A stretch of 64,000 nt of DNA, from positions 434,001-498,000 of the forward strand of contig OZ287080.1 in assembly GCA_965645245.1 (NCBI GenBank), read 5' to 3'. A program made the position numbers and the translations under genes. The first letter of the stretch is position 1; each line of letters opens with the position of its first letter. The notes under the pieces were generated by a model. The model was not told where the DNA came from. It made no database searches and saw only the letters and a list, made by a program, of their open reading frames with translations. Source of the stretch: Massalongia carnosa. Its lineage: Eukaryota. Below, piece after piece: positions 1 through 11,762 of the stretch.

Positions 1-8
1 CTTTCTAG

Positions 9-2054
9 GTACCTGAACTGTGGCAGGATAATGGCGATGCAACAATATTTCTTCACGCGGGGACGACCAGGCATGGACCTTCTTTCAAGCTCGACTCAGC
101 TTACTTTTCCTCTTCACGCAAACTGAGCTCGTTGGTCAGTAGTAGATCGTCAAACCCCCGGGAACAGAGTCAAAGTCGAAACAGGGATCTGCCCCTTGAG
201 GATCAGACTCAAAATCTGTCGTTGAATCTTCCACCAAACTCGCGTACTGGGTCGCCACAAATGGGGTCATCCACCACCGGCAGCTCTCAAGGGTATCGGA
301 CCGTCAGCGACTTATTTGATGAAGGGGTAAGAGAGGTCTCGGTACACGTACCGCTCCCTTTACAAGGAGACCTCACAAACTCCGAACCAACTCTTACCCC
401 CGATGATTTCGAGCTGCTTGTGGCTATACGAAACGTCTTTGCATTTTTAACGGGGGTGCCGCTTGTTGCCACATCCAGGCATTCTACAATTTTTGAGGTT
501 TTTCTTCGGATCGCGGACGTTTTGCAACGATATGAGTTCACAAATCTTGATGGCTCAACATTTGGAGAAGAGCCTGCGGGTAATTTTAGACGCTATATGA
601 AAGATTTTAAGCTGGCGGATGTTAGAACAAGCCGAGAAAAGACAATTGAGGCCATCGTTCTCGGTGAGCGAATGAGATGCTTCGAGCTATACAATGAAGG
701 GTTTGTGCACGGTGTTGGTAAATACGACGATATCATCAAACTCCAGAGCCCCAAATTTCATCTGATTTCGGAGATCACTCGTCAAAGACTTGAACGCGCA
801 ACGATTGATTTAAGTGCTCGGTTGAACACTGTTCGCGCTAGGCTGAAGGACTTTGAGTTTCCTTCGCTTTTCTCGGGGATTGCCAACTCTACCAATAGCA
901 CGGAGAGCAAAATGGTCCGGTTCAAGGAATGGAGACTTGCATTTCTCTCCATGCGCAGGCATGTCATGTCCTTTTATAGACATCGATATGGGGCGTGGCC
1001 TCCGAGCGCGAGGTCCAAGAAGAACTCGTTTGAAGAAAGCGGTTTGAATCGAATTCTTCTACTTGAACTCTACCACGATTTCTCCCACCTTTACGATGTG
1101 CTTGTTAGCCGCTCTTGCCTCACAACACGAACCGCTGAATTCCCTTCGGAGCCAACTTCATCACCCATGGACCCTGATGATTTCGCACCTGCTTTAAGGA
1201 GGGTCATGGGAGAATTTGATCATAGTTCTCCGCCTGTTCAGCCACCCATACCATTCGATACTCCTCTGTTGCCGTCTTTGATTTCAACGAGGAGAAATTT
1301 CAAGTCTCTAGACGGGAAGCGACAGAGAAAGGAGCGTATGAAGCCGCTGCAAGACGACGAGATCAACAAAGCTCTCATGCAATCCTACAATCGGGATTCC
1401 ATCAAGGCGACACAATTTCTTGAATCCTTTATGTTCTTTGAGAGAAAGCAAGCACATGGCAAATCGATTGACGAGATGATGGACCTTAGGATTGGTCAAT
1501 GGATGTTCTTGTACGCCGTTCTTCAGTCCTTGCCTTTGGTTGTGATTGATGCACCGAATATCAAATGGACCGATGGAGTGGAATACTTTCTCTGTGAAGT
1601 CCCCAAAGGCACGGCGCCATGGTATCATGATGATTACAGCCGCAAGATGAGCTGGTATGGCATATCTGGAAGGTCCGGTTTTGTCAACCTCCCGGCGGAA
1701 CTTGTTGAGCATGGTGTGGACGGCATCTATCATCGGAGTCATTGCTGGAAAGTTGCGGAGAAATGGATAGGCGTCACTGCCGAGGATACGGAAATCCAAA
1801 TGTCCGAATCCCCCCAAACAGCTGGAACACCCACCCTGGAACTACCCCCGACGTTCGATATGCCGGGATCTAGATCCAGTTCGCCGGGTCGATTAAACCA
1901 GCGCAACACCATATATATTGGACTCGAGGCATTACCGCTGCCTGCGGGGGTTGCGCCGATTGGAGCTAAGCACACCTCGCACCGAGACCCACAAAGGAGC
2001 TTCGATAACATTCTGGGGAAAGTAAATACTCATGTCGACATAAAAAAGAAGTGA
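9..2054 (+). CDS. Conserved fungal hypothetical protein, 5'-partial (last long exon)
   Basis: The ORF is open from the CTAG acceptor ending at 8 (VPELWQDNGD...GPSFK) through the 640-aa track ORF to TGA at 2054. It has a globular helical core and a Ser/Pro-rich tail. Upstream exons lie outside the window. Confidence 0.8.
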   Translation, partial: VPELWQDNGDATIFLHAGTTRHGPSFKLDSAYFSSSRKLSSLVSSRSSNPREQSQSRNRDLPLEDQTQNLSLNLPPNSRTGSPQMGSSTTGSSQGYRTVSDLFDEGVREVSVHVPLPLQGDLTNSEPTLTPDDFELLVAIRNVFAFLTGVPLVATSRHSTIFEVFLRIADVLQRYEFTNLDGSTFGEEPAGNFRRYMKDFKLADVRTSREKTIEAIVLGERMRCFELYNEGFVHGVGKYDDIIKLQSPKFHLISEITRQRLERATIDLSARLNTVRARLKDFEFPSLFSGIANSTNSTESKMVRFKEWRLAFLSMRRHVMSFYRHRYGAWPPSARSKKNSFEESGLNRILLLELYHDFSHLYDVLVSRSCLTTRTAEFPSEPTSSPMDPDDFAPALRRVMGEFDHSSPPVQPPIPFDTPLLPSLISTRRNFKSLDGKRQRKERMKPLQDDEINKALMQSYNRDSIKATQFLESFMFFERKQAHGKSIDEMMDLRIGQWMFLYAVLQSLPLVVIDAPNIKWTDGVEYFLCEVPKGTAPWYHDDYSRKMSWYGISGRSGFVNLPAELVEHGVDGIYHRSHCWKVAEKWIGVTAEDTEIQMSESPQTAGTPTLELPPTFDMPGSRSSSPGRLNQRNTIYIGLEALPLPAGVAPIGAKHTSHRDPQRSFDNILGKVNTHVDIKKK

Positions 2055-2145
2055 TGATAATGAATAGACGGTTGTCAATATCGGGGGCATGCTATTATGG
2101 CAGGTCGTTAGTGTCCAGATAGGCGATTTTAAACGAATTTCATAG

Positions 2146-3550
2146 CAGTATGAATTATCTGTTCTTGCTGCTACAAAAATAATGTTTCATTAAATTGATG
2201 CGATTATTTGTTCACATATAGCTAATAGTTAGTATAACCTTCATTTGCATTCAGGACTGCTTGCACTCGACGAGGCATTGATCGCATTAAATCTTTTAAA
2301 AACGCCTTCGTTTGAAAGTTTCATACCTTCAAGATAGCATTAATAATGATCTCTTGCATTTTTGGGGCACTTGCTGACAGAATGCGTAATTCGGAATGAC
2401 TTCTAAAGACTACATTCTTTACTTTCTTTCATATCATGTCGATAGGATTCAAATCGGGGGAATAGATCGATCAATTCATCTCTTTTCTATGAATCAGTTC
2501 ATTGTTTCTCGAGTTTTGTGTGTTTTAGCTTCATCTTGCATGAAAAAAAGGCCTAAATCGTCATCGAGCATGATAGAAAGATATTAGTTATTTGTAAACA
2601 TCGAGTATAATCAACCTCGTAATACTTTTCATTCTCGTACGTCGTTTCATGATGATTCGAGAAACATCGAGCATAATGTTAACTTGCAACTTCCTCAAAG
2701 GCTGTCGACGATTCTTTGACCTCGATTTAATCGCTGCTCGTGTGACGGTTCACTCAGGATGTGGAATTGACTATCTACTGGGAAGCTATGCACTAGAAAA
2801 TATTAAAGATGCAGAAAGGAAAAAAGCAAAGGGTGCCCTCTCTGAGAGTCTATATAGATAATCGCTTGGCCCGATCCAGCTGCTTGTGTCTTCATCAATA
2901 AGTGAACAGTTTGGTCAAACAGTCTTTCTGTCCTTTGTCCCTTTCATCCATTTGTGTTTGCTTTAGAAGGTCGTTCCGATGCGTTCCTTTCAGTCCTCTC
3001 AGACCTCCGTTGATTGCCCCTATGATTGCTAAAAGGGTTGAGTAACGGAAGCGGTTAGTGCGCCGGCAGATGCCGTACTTTCCTTTGATTGGCCTTGGGT
3101 GGCTGTGGTTGAACCGTGACAGCTCGTATCAAATGATGATCTTCTCGTGCTGTGATTATTTTGAGTCGATCAGATCGTACCTCCGATTTGTGATCGTCGC
3201 GTGTTGTAGCCTTCTTCAAAGTGTCTTTTATGATGAAACGACCTTATTGCGGAAACTTCTCGTGTATAGTACTAACGGAGACGCCGGCGAGGCTCATACC
3301 GTACATCTCAGCTCTAATTATGACGGGCACTTCTTTGCGCGTAGTTTTGAACTGTTTAGAGGTACGTGGTGGTGGCATGATGGGTTGAAAGGTGGCGTGG
3401 GTGGTTGTTTACTTTTCCCGGATATCCTTTCACACTGTCTATGGGCTACGTCACGCGTTCGAGGTAGGGAATTCTAGTTCAGTTACGATGAGATGACGGC
3501 TCTATAGCGCTTTTAATATAATCCAGCAAGAGGAAATTACACATGCACTG
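2146..3550 (-). mobile_element. Degenerate Tc1/mariner transposon relic (transposase pseudogene 3378->2222) interrupted by a solo LTR
   Basis: Manual minus-strand translation gives MPPPR... from 3378, then HTH-like RSDRLKIITAREDHHLIRA. After the LTR is removed the frame continues AIKSRSKNRRQPLRKLQVN. Further on are FFMQD, YSPDLNPID and SMPRRVQAVLNANEGYTNY* (stop 2222-2224), all Tc1-type motifs. Several stops and frameshifts are present. The ends (CAGT at 2146; CACTG-TA at 3546-3552) only loosely resemble TIRs. Confidence 0.8.
2741..3121. mobile_element. Solo LTR (381 bp) with 5-bp TSD GCTCG
   Basis: It starts TGTGACGGTTCA and ends TGAACCGTGACA, giving TG...CA termini and an 11/12 inverted match. 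GCTCG flanks it at 2736-2740 and 3122-3126. Excising it restores the host transposase frame. Confidence 0.9.
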
Positions 3551-3708
3551 TATAGTTTCCATCTTAAGCACCTTTCATCCTTCTTCGGAACGTCCTGTTG
3601 ACTGCTTTTTTCTCATTCGCGACCTACCTACCTACCTAGTTAAGTAAAGGGGAAGGTAAGGGATCCTTGGCCTTGGAATATTCATTAGCAGTGGTAGTAC
3701 GGAGGATG

Positions 3709-5198
3709 ACACAGGAAGTTCTGGCCGACGCTAATATGCACGCTAAATAAGCCACCTACAAGGGGCTCAGCCCTACGAAGATAAACTCCTTTATTTACTC
3801 CTTTTTTACCTTCTTATCCACCTCCTCATCAGTCTACATTGGCCCACTCCTCCTCATCTTCAGTAGGACCTCTCTTAAACGCAGATATCGACTGCGCCGC
3901 TCCTCAGCATCGTAAGGTCGTACCATTCCTCCTGTTCTTCCTTCTCTGTACTCGTTCCGGTTCAATCATGTTGAGATCAGGTGAGTTGCTAGGCCACAAA
4001 AAGCGAAGCACTCGAAAGTCCATAAACACCACATCCTGATGTTTGGAGGTATGACAGGGGGTCTTATCTTCTTGAACCACCATATTTGGACGATCTTTCA
4101 TGCATTCGGTAGCGAATAGAAGAAGTTTGTCTATCAAAATATTCTTTTGATAGCGATACCAGTCAATTCCTCCCTTTTTATTATCTCGCACGATCTTTCC
4201 ATGTTTTTGATCCCATATCCATCGAGGCTGTCGTCCTCCTGAATTTCTTAGTCTCATTCGTCTCATTCCATTTTCTAACTCCCAATTGAGCTTCGCCTCT
4301 GATTCCAACCTCTTATTGATAAGCTTCAGCTCTTCCTCAGCTGTCTTCTTTTCTTTTGCAGACTCAATCTTCCAGATATGAAAAGGACCTTTTTTATCGT
4401 ATGAGAAACACCCCCAAAACATGAACTCTGAGTGTCCTTTCCATCGACGACGAATGCATGTTTTATCATTCATTTCTTTCGAGGTTCTCCATTGCAGTCT
4501 TTTTCCTCTTACTGCATTCAGCATCACGCTCGTCTCGTCACTCCAGATGACGTTCTTCCAGTCTTCAAGAGTCCAATGCTGATGATCAATGCAAAATTTC
4601 AGACGTGCTTCCTTCATGATCGAAGTAAGGCCAGGCTTTTTCGTTGATTTACAGGCTCGAAATCCATTCTTTTTAAGAACCTTCAAAATAGTGGAAGAAC
4701 TCAGCTCATGATCAAAAGCCAGCATAGCTGAAGACTTCCCCCTTCCGTTTCGATCTTTGCGTACATCAGTCAATATAGCCTCCTCCAATGCAGGTGTTAC
4801 TTTAGAAGGTTGGCCTGAACGAGGTGCATCTTCTACATGTTCCATCTTCAAGACTCGTGAGATCTCGGGATCATATCCTCTGCTTCTTGCTTTCTTCTTG
4901 GTATGACTGATAGATCTCGTCGAGACTTCAGTGATTTCCTCTACTCTTTTGGCTGATACTCCATGCTCTACGAGAGTCAAGGCCTGAAGTCTTTGAGCGA
5001 GAGTCAGTGTGTTATCTTGAGGACGAGTCATGATGATGATAGCTACAAAATACCAACTAAAATCAACTATAAATTATAAATATTAAAGCATTTTATCTCT
5101 TGATGCCCGGAGAACCTTTTTTTAAAAATTTTACCACCCCTTGTCTAGTGGCGGAAGCTAATGCAAGCTAAAATACGCTAGCCAGAACTTCCTGTGTG
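3709..5198 (-). mobile_element. Tc1/mariner DNA transposon (DD34E), internally deleted
   Basis: A perfect 17-bp inverted repeat is present: ACACAGGAAGTTCTGGC (3709-3725) and GCCAGAACTTCCTGTGT (5181-5197). An inner inverted motif GCCAC..ACAAGGGG follows, and TA lies at 5199-5200. The repeats enclose a transposase ORF. Confidence 0.9.
3904..5031 (-). pseudogene. Tc1-like transposase, C-terminally deleted/frameshifted
   Basis: It has an HTH N-terminus, WSDETS, VVQED and WPSNSPDLNMIE, with exactly 34 residues between the second D and the E. After IEP the ORF runs out of frame; the C-terminal-like NEYREGR... sequence is in another frame. Confidence 0.85.
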
Positions 5199-5993
5199 TA
5201 TTGTACATCGGTTCGATTCACCCACCAGCCAGTGAACATAACTGAACCTAACCATACCCAACCTAACCTAGTTGGCACGCGCGACTACTGATAACCTGTC
5301 TGCTTGCCTGTTTGCTTTTAGATATGGCACCGAAGACTCCGTTAGTTCCTTGATCCGGGGTGCCGGCCAAGCGTGGAACTAGTTGGCAAAACCAACATTC
5401 CACCCCAGTCCGGGAAATATGTATCGACATGGTGGCTTGGAATGTATCTAACTCTCGGACATAGCGTCCTCCAGGTGGCGGACACGCGTTCATCTTTGTT
5501 GGATTTCCCTCCTCCATCGCCCGGCATGTTCTCTTCGTCCCCTTGGATGTTCCACCCGCAGGAGGTCTTTGCTATGGTCTTCGTCGGTGGACTCTGAGAA
5601 GAACGTATGCTCCGGAAAGAAAGCCGATCGTACTAATGTTAAACCCTGGGTCTACTTGTATTCACCCCCATTTGCAACACACCCTCATTTGCAGCATGCT
5701 AATTAATAATTACCCGAGAGTAGGTGAAAGAGTCGTATTCCCAATCCTCTAATACTATGAGTCGTTTTGCCATAGTAAATTTTAGCACATGAAAACCAAC
5801 TACAAGTAATCCGTAGATGGGGTTATGATCATCAATCTAGGCAGAGTCACCATTTGTTAGTAATATCCCACTCGCTCGCTCAGTTCATGTATTTCCATAC
5901 CTCTAGCTCGCTCTTATATTCGACGGCTTTCCCGTATTTTCCGTCATTCCTGCTGCCATGCTTCTTTGCTTTCATTCCATTGCAACCGTAAAA

Positions 5994-7896
5994 ATGCAGA
6001 CTTCTCGACTAGTAGTCCTCTTATTTCTGACTATCTGCTGGGTTCCCGTGTCGGTAGCGACCGCAAACTGCACCGCTAGCCTTCCCAGCACCATCGCCGA
6101 GGTCCACGATGCCCTTCAGCAGTTGGGATATCAGAACGCAGCAGGGGTTTTGAGATCAAATCACCTACCTGACGGAAACTCGGGCTCCACGAAAGACAGA
6201 TGCGTCACGACGGTGAGTGCCGTTCAGGCAGAACGGATTTTAGTTGGCCTCTCTATAGATCACTGATCCTGAAACAAACATCCAGTGTAACATCCTCGGT
6301 CGTGTTCTGACAGACCAAATCAACCTTCGTGGGACTTCGGCTTTCAACCACCAGCAGTCCGCTTACTGGTCGAGTCAGCAGGCGGAAACGCAACCAGCCT
6401 GCCGTGTGCAGCCAAGGCGAGCAAACGACGTCGCAGCGACTCTAATCATTACGACGTTTTTCCAATGCCCCTTTTCCGTCAAGAGCGGCGGTCATGCCGC
6501 CTTTACTGGCGCCTCGAATATCCAAGATGGCGTGACCATTGATCTAAACCTCCTGAAGACCCTCAAAGTTTCGAGCGACAAAAAGACCACGCAAGTAGGG
6601 CCTGGTAACCGCTGGGGTGATGTATATGGAGCTTTGGATTCTTTGAAATTGGCCGTAATCGGTGGTCGGGTTGCGGACATCGGCGTTGGGGGATTGACTT
6701 TGGGAGGTGGGTAGAGTATCGGGCGATGGCGGGAGGACATTCTGACCATCTGTAGGTGGGATATCCTTCTTGTCTGGCCTTCATGGTTGGGCGTGTGATA
6801 ATGTTCGGAACTACGAAGTAATGAGATCCGTGAAAGCCCGTAGCACATTGTTAATGGCGAGCAGGTTGTTCTTGCCAACGGCCGAATCGAAAACGTGAAC
6901 GCTAAATCCAACCCAGACCTCTACTTTGCCCTTCGGGGCGGCGGCAACAACTTTGGGATCGTGACTCGTTTTGACCTTGAAACCTACGAGCAAGGAGGAT
7001 TGTGGGGCGGGATGAGTGTTTACCCTGCAGCGGTCAACGCATCCATCTTCAAGGCCTTTGACAATTTTGCCAAAAACGCCCCCCATGATCCCAGCGCCGC
7101 TCTCATTGTTGCGCTCGTCAATTACCAGGGTCAGTATATCTTCAGCAACAACTTCGAATACGCGAAACCCGTCGTAAACCCCCCGATCTTCCATGAATTC
7201 CTGGGAATTCCGAGCATTTCATCAACACTGCGGATCTCCAACTTGACAGACCTGGCGCTGGAGCTGAAAGCGGCTTCGCCCCCTGGCTTACGGTGAGTGA
7301 GGGGGCATCAATGCAGCTCGCTCGATTGTCGTAACAAACTAATTCCTTCCCAGAGAAACCTACACGACCGCGACTTTTAAGACCAGCACCGCGCTTCAAG
7401 CCAAAATGCTGGAGATCTTCGTGTCCGAAGTTGAAGGAATCAAAGACACCCCGGGGCTTCTTCCGGCCTTGATCAATCAGCCCATAACCGAACCCATGAT
7501 TTCGCACTCTGGCAAAAATGGCGGCAACGCCCTTGGCATAGCCGAATCCGATGGTCCCCTTATCCGTAAGGCTCCCCCCTTCATACCTCTCTCTTTCTGT
7601 GGCCTCATGGTTGACGATAGGCCAAATTAGTAATGAATCTGGCATTCATGTGGTCCTCTGCCAGCGATGATGCGCGCATCTTCGCTGCGACGGACCGCAT
7701 CCTTGACCGCTCCATCGCCGCCGCCAAGGAACTGCACGTCAACTACAAGTTCCTTTATCAAAATTATGCGTCGGCGCGGCAAGACGTGTTTGCAGGCTAT
7801 GGCCGAGAGAACCACGAGCGTTTGATAGAGATCAGCCAGAAGTATGATCCTATGCAGGTGTTTCAGAGACTACAGCCAGGATATTTCAAGCTGTAA
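5994..7896 (+). CDS. Secreted FAD-linked oxidoreductase (FAD_binding_4, BBE/VAO-like), multi-exon
   Basis: It has a hydrophobic signal peptide and the exon motifs YWSSQQ..PAC, VKSGGH (covalent-FAD His motif), GGRVADIGVGGLTLGGG, DLYFALRGGGNNFGIVT and C-terminal KYDPMQVFQRLQPGYFKL. Short GT-AG introns are present (e.g. 6213-6285). An alternative ATG lies at 5958. Confidence 0.9.
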
Positions 7897-8383
7897 GTAT
7901 GAGGAATTGAACGGGGTTTGAAAAGGAGGGGTGGATAGTAGCTGCTACATGTTACTCGCGATCTTGATCAATCTCACTTTTTGAGAAACATACCTACTCT
8001 GTACTGCTGAACCAATCACTTTCATGCTAGTTTAATTGTGTGACCCACTGCAAACATAATTTACCGCCCATCTTCGAGAATACTAATGTTTCTTCCCAAC
8101 CACCCCTATCGTAGCCCAGAGGCCTCAACGTCCTGACGTTATCCCACATCAAACCTACCTTTCCTCGAGGTGGGGAAAGGCCAAGAACGGTCCCTCTAGA
8201 CTCGCATTGGTGCGTATAGCTAATGTTCAACTTACGGGAAATTGTTTGGTCATCTTGCAGCCAGACGTGCCGTGTTTCAGAAACCCGATTCCCACCTCAC
8301 GAAGGTTTCGAACATGTCGATGTATTTCTTAAGCCCTTATTGCGCGCATTATGAGAAAATTCTGGTGCAAGTTAAAACTCACC

Positions 8384-10091
8384 ATGCTCGCTGTTCGAGC
8401 ATTCGCTTTCTTCATTCTTGCGGTTCCCGTCACAGCTGACGATTGCCTCTTTTGCGCCACCGCGGGTGCAATCTTGGACGGGGCATTTTCCGCAGGCGAA
8501 GGGCTTTTGAACTTGGGCGGCGCGGCCATCGAGGATGCAGGCTCGGTTCTATTCCCACCGGCCGTAGCAACTCCGCCGACGGGGTTTGTGGAGGATGTGC
8601 CAAACTCAGTTCCTCCGCCTCAATCGGTTCCAGGCTTCGCCCCCGATCGAACTAAATCGGAGGATTCATCCCCAACAATCGAGCTGTATATAGAAGGCAC
8701 TCCCGAATCATCTCCAGCCCCAGCAGGGGTTGATGGCTGCGATTCGGGAGAGCTCAGAGTGTGTATATTTTATCTATGAGAAACGGGAAGGGTCTTGAAG
8801 TGGCTAACGCCGATGCTGGTTGATGTAGGATTCTTGTGGTGTTGCCACAGCTCAGATAATTTGGCTCCTAGTATGTGGAGAGAACATAGAAAACGCAAAC
8901 ATCCTTGCGGCATTGACGAGATTGATTCCCCCTGTCAACCCACGTGTTCACACACATCGATGTGGAAATTTTTTCTATACAGCGACACTGACGCCCAAGC
9001 AAACCGACGAGATCAAGAGCATGCCTGGTGTCGAAGCCATTGTTCCAGATACACCCTGCACATCCAATAGTTTCTCGAAAGTTCACAAGAACCACAAAAA
9101 GACCCAAGGCGACAAAATCGTGGTCGACAGGCAGGCTCCTGAGCATTTAGCTCACATTTCTACTCCTCCAGCGTCTCAAAACTATGACCAGAAATACGCG
9201 CGTTTTGAAAATGCAGGTGAAGGTATCATAGGGTACATAGTAGATACTGGGTCGAGGCTCGATAACGAGGACATAACCACGCACCATATTTGCACAGCAG
9301 TCATATACAGCTCAAGAGTTGATCAGAAAATGTCTGGCGATGAAAATGAACATGGACTCTGCATGATGTCGCTGACCGGTGGTGCTAGGTACGGAGTGAT
9401 CAAGAAAGCGAATTTAATCATGGTCAAAATAAACCTCGATTATACCAGTTCCTTCTATGACGCATTCATAGAGATTATGAATCATCTGGATGCCCGCCAA
9501 GCAGGCTGGAAACACGTGAGAGGTTATACCGTCATCGCTACGTCGATCGGAAGTTCAAGAAGCCCAATCAATGAGCATAAGGCAGAATTGCTGTTTCGGG
9601 AGTTGATCCACTACTACCAGGTTGTAATAATCACCTCATCGGGAAACGTCAGAGATGAGCCTCATTACTCGGAAATCAACACGTGGCCAGCTATCTTGGC
9701 CCTAAAGCCTGGCTTGCCCATCATAACCGTGGGAGCAGTCGATATAACAAACGGAGAGACCTATCCTTGGTCCAGAGGGGGCCCAGCACTGACGCTTGCA
9801 GGCCCAGGCTCCGGGTGGTGTGCCCATGGAAGCGGGCAAGGGTCCATATATGCGGACGGGACTTCTTTCTCGGCGGCTATTGTCGCTGGGGAGGTCATCG
9901 ACGTTCTGTGGCGGAAATATCTTCGCGCACATCTGAACCTGCAGGAAAACGCTCTGCCGAACCCGCAAACGTCGGTGGCACAGAAAGTTCGTGACTATCT
10001 GCTGAGTAAAGCCTACGTACGAGGCTCCGGCGACGTTAAAAGTATATGGAATGGGCTTTGGCCTGATGATCCGGAACGGGTGGAGCCATAA
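8384..10091 (+). CDS. Secreted subtilisin-like (S8) serine peptidase with atypical N-terminal extension
   Basis: Signal peptide MLAVRAFAFFILAVPVTA; intron 8759-8828 joins it in frame to the 392-aa ORF. It has an I9-like prodomain end (YTATLT...PGVEAIVPD), triad motifs YIVDTG, HG and GTS, and the oxyanion motif SSGN. Confidence 0.85.
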
Positions 10092-10570
10092 ATCCGTTGT
10101 AAAGGCTAGTCTTAATGTTTGGCTAGATTATTCTTGCCCTCGTTGAATGTTCCCTTAGCATACGGGAAGCTCTCGTTCGTTGCATGAAACTCAGTTTAGC
10201 GTCAAGCTGCCGCTTCTGTTCACCAGCCCTCACCCAGATTCCAGCTGATATGAGTGATCTAGTGATCTATTCAGAACTCCTCGGAGTCTAAGCTGCGTTG
10301 TTGAGGAGTTTAATAGAATCTATCCGTACAGGAGGGAGCCCACAGTGTTAGTTGAAAATATGAATAAGGTTTTGATTGATGCATTCTGTCCAGACACCGT
10401 AAGTTTAAACGTCGATCCTTAAACCCCGAATCCGGTTAACCATCTGACTGCCTCAAATGCCGCGTCATACCTGATTAGCCACCTCTAGCTAACCCTTAGC
10501 GTTGAGACCTTGTGGCTATGCTGACGCGGTTGCCACCTATCGTTGCCATGAGGGCATCTCTTCATCCAGC

Positions 10571-11762
10571 ATGCCTACAGCATTCTCCCCAACCAAATCC
10601 GGCCGCTGTGCTCCTTACCCTGCGACACCCTCGGTCTCTGCACTCCTTCGCCGTTTCCGCTGGCTATACCTTCTCTTTGTGCTAGTGCTCCTCTACCTTT
10701 GCCTCCCTCTTCGGAATATCAGTCTCCTTCCCCACCACAGCAATGGCTTCGTTCCCCCCATCCTCCATTACTCGTCGATCGACTGGTCTCGCTACGCCTA
10801 CAGCCAATACGCCACCACCAGCGCTCACCTTTGCAACTCGGTGATGATCTTTGAGGCTCTGTCCCGTTTGGGCTCTAAACCAGCGCGAATACTCTTCTAC
10901 CCGGAAAGCTGGGACACCGTGATCTCCTCCTCCCGCGACCGCGACAGCCAACTATTGGTCAAAGCTCGTGACATGTACAAAGTCCAACTCATCCCCGTTG
11001 ATATGCCGCCCACCCCGAGTGGAGATCATGATGGGACCTACAATGCGAGTTTCGCGAAATTCCTGCCGTGGGGTGAAACGCAGTATGACCGCATCCTACA
11101 GCTAGACTCAGATGTGACGATGCTACGGCATTTGGACGAGGTTTTCTTGGTTCCGCGGGCGCCGGTCGCTATGCTGCGGGCTTACTGGAAGTTGCCGGAA
11201 AAAAGGACATTGACGTCCCTGCTTGTGCTGCTAGAGCCATCGGTGGCCGAGCTGGAGAGATTGATGGATACGGTCGGAGGGATAGGGGATTACGACATGG
11301 AGATACTAAACCGATTCTATGGAGATTCGGCTTTAATATTGCCGCATCGGGATTACGGGCTGCTGACCGGGGAGTTTAGATCCGGAGACCATAGGAGCTA
11401 CTTAGGAAACGAATATGAGGCATGGGATCCAGACAAGATAATCGCGGAGGCCAGTTTGGTGCATTTTTCCGACTGGCCGCTGCCAAAGCCATGGGTGTTG
11501 TGGCCTTACAATTTGATCGGGGATATTATGCCCAAATGCAAGCGCAGAGTCGAAGAGAAGGAGGATTGCCGAGACAAGAAGATTTGGTTAGGGCTGTATG
11601 ACGATTTCAGGAAGAGGAGAAAGGTGGGTTTGAAGCATTCCAAACGTCTGCTAAGCTGCTGTGTCCGCTGATGGGTATGTGATTCAGGATGTCTGCGCCC
11701 TTTTGTCAGAACCGGCACCACAGTGGCCTCCCTTCGCAGCCGAGAATGACACAAAAAGTTAG
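10571..11762 (+). CDS. GNT1: Glycosyltransferase family 8, GNT1-like Golgi alpha-N-acetylglucosaminyltransferase
   Basis: It has a type II TM anchor, YAYSQYAT..LCNSVMIFE, the DxD motif LDSD, YDMEILN and HFSDWPLPKPW. The last intron (11624-11687) gives DVCALL...KS* ending at 11762. Confidence 0.85.

Noticed and set aside
3684..5225. tRNA gene split by the Tc1 insertion (AGCAGTGG on the left, GGTTCGATTC on the right)
   Set aside because: The rejoined flanks give no T-stem or acceptor-stem pairing.
3596..5679. Copia-like TGTTG...CAACA LTR hosting the Tc1
   Set aside because: The flanks CGTCC and CACCC differ at 2 of 5 positions and the inverted match is only 5 bp.
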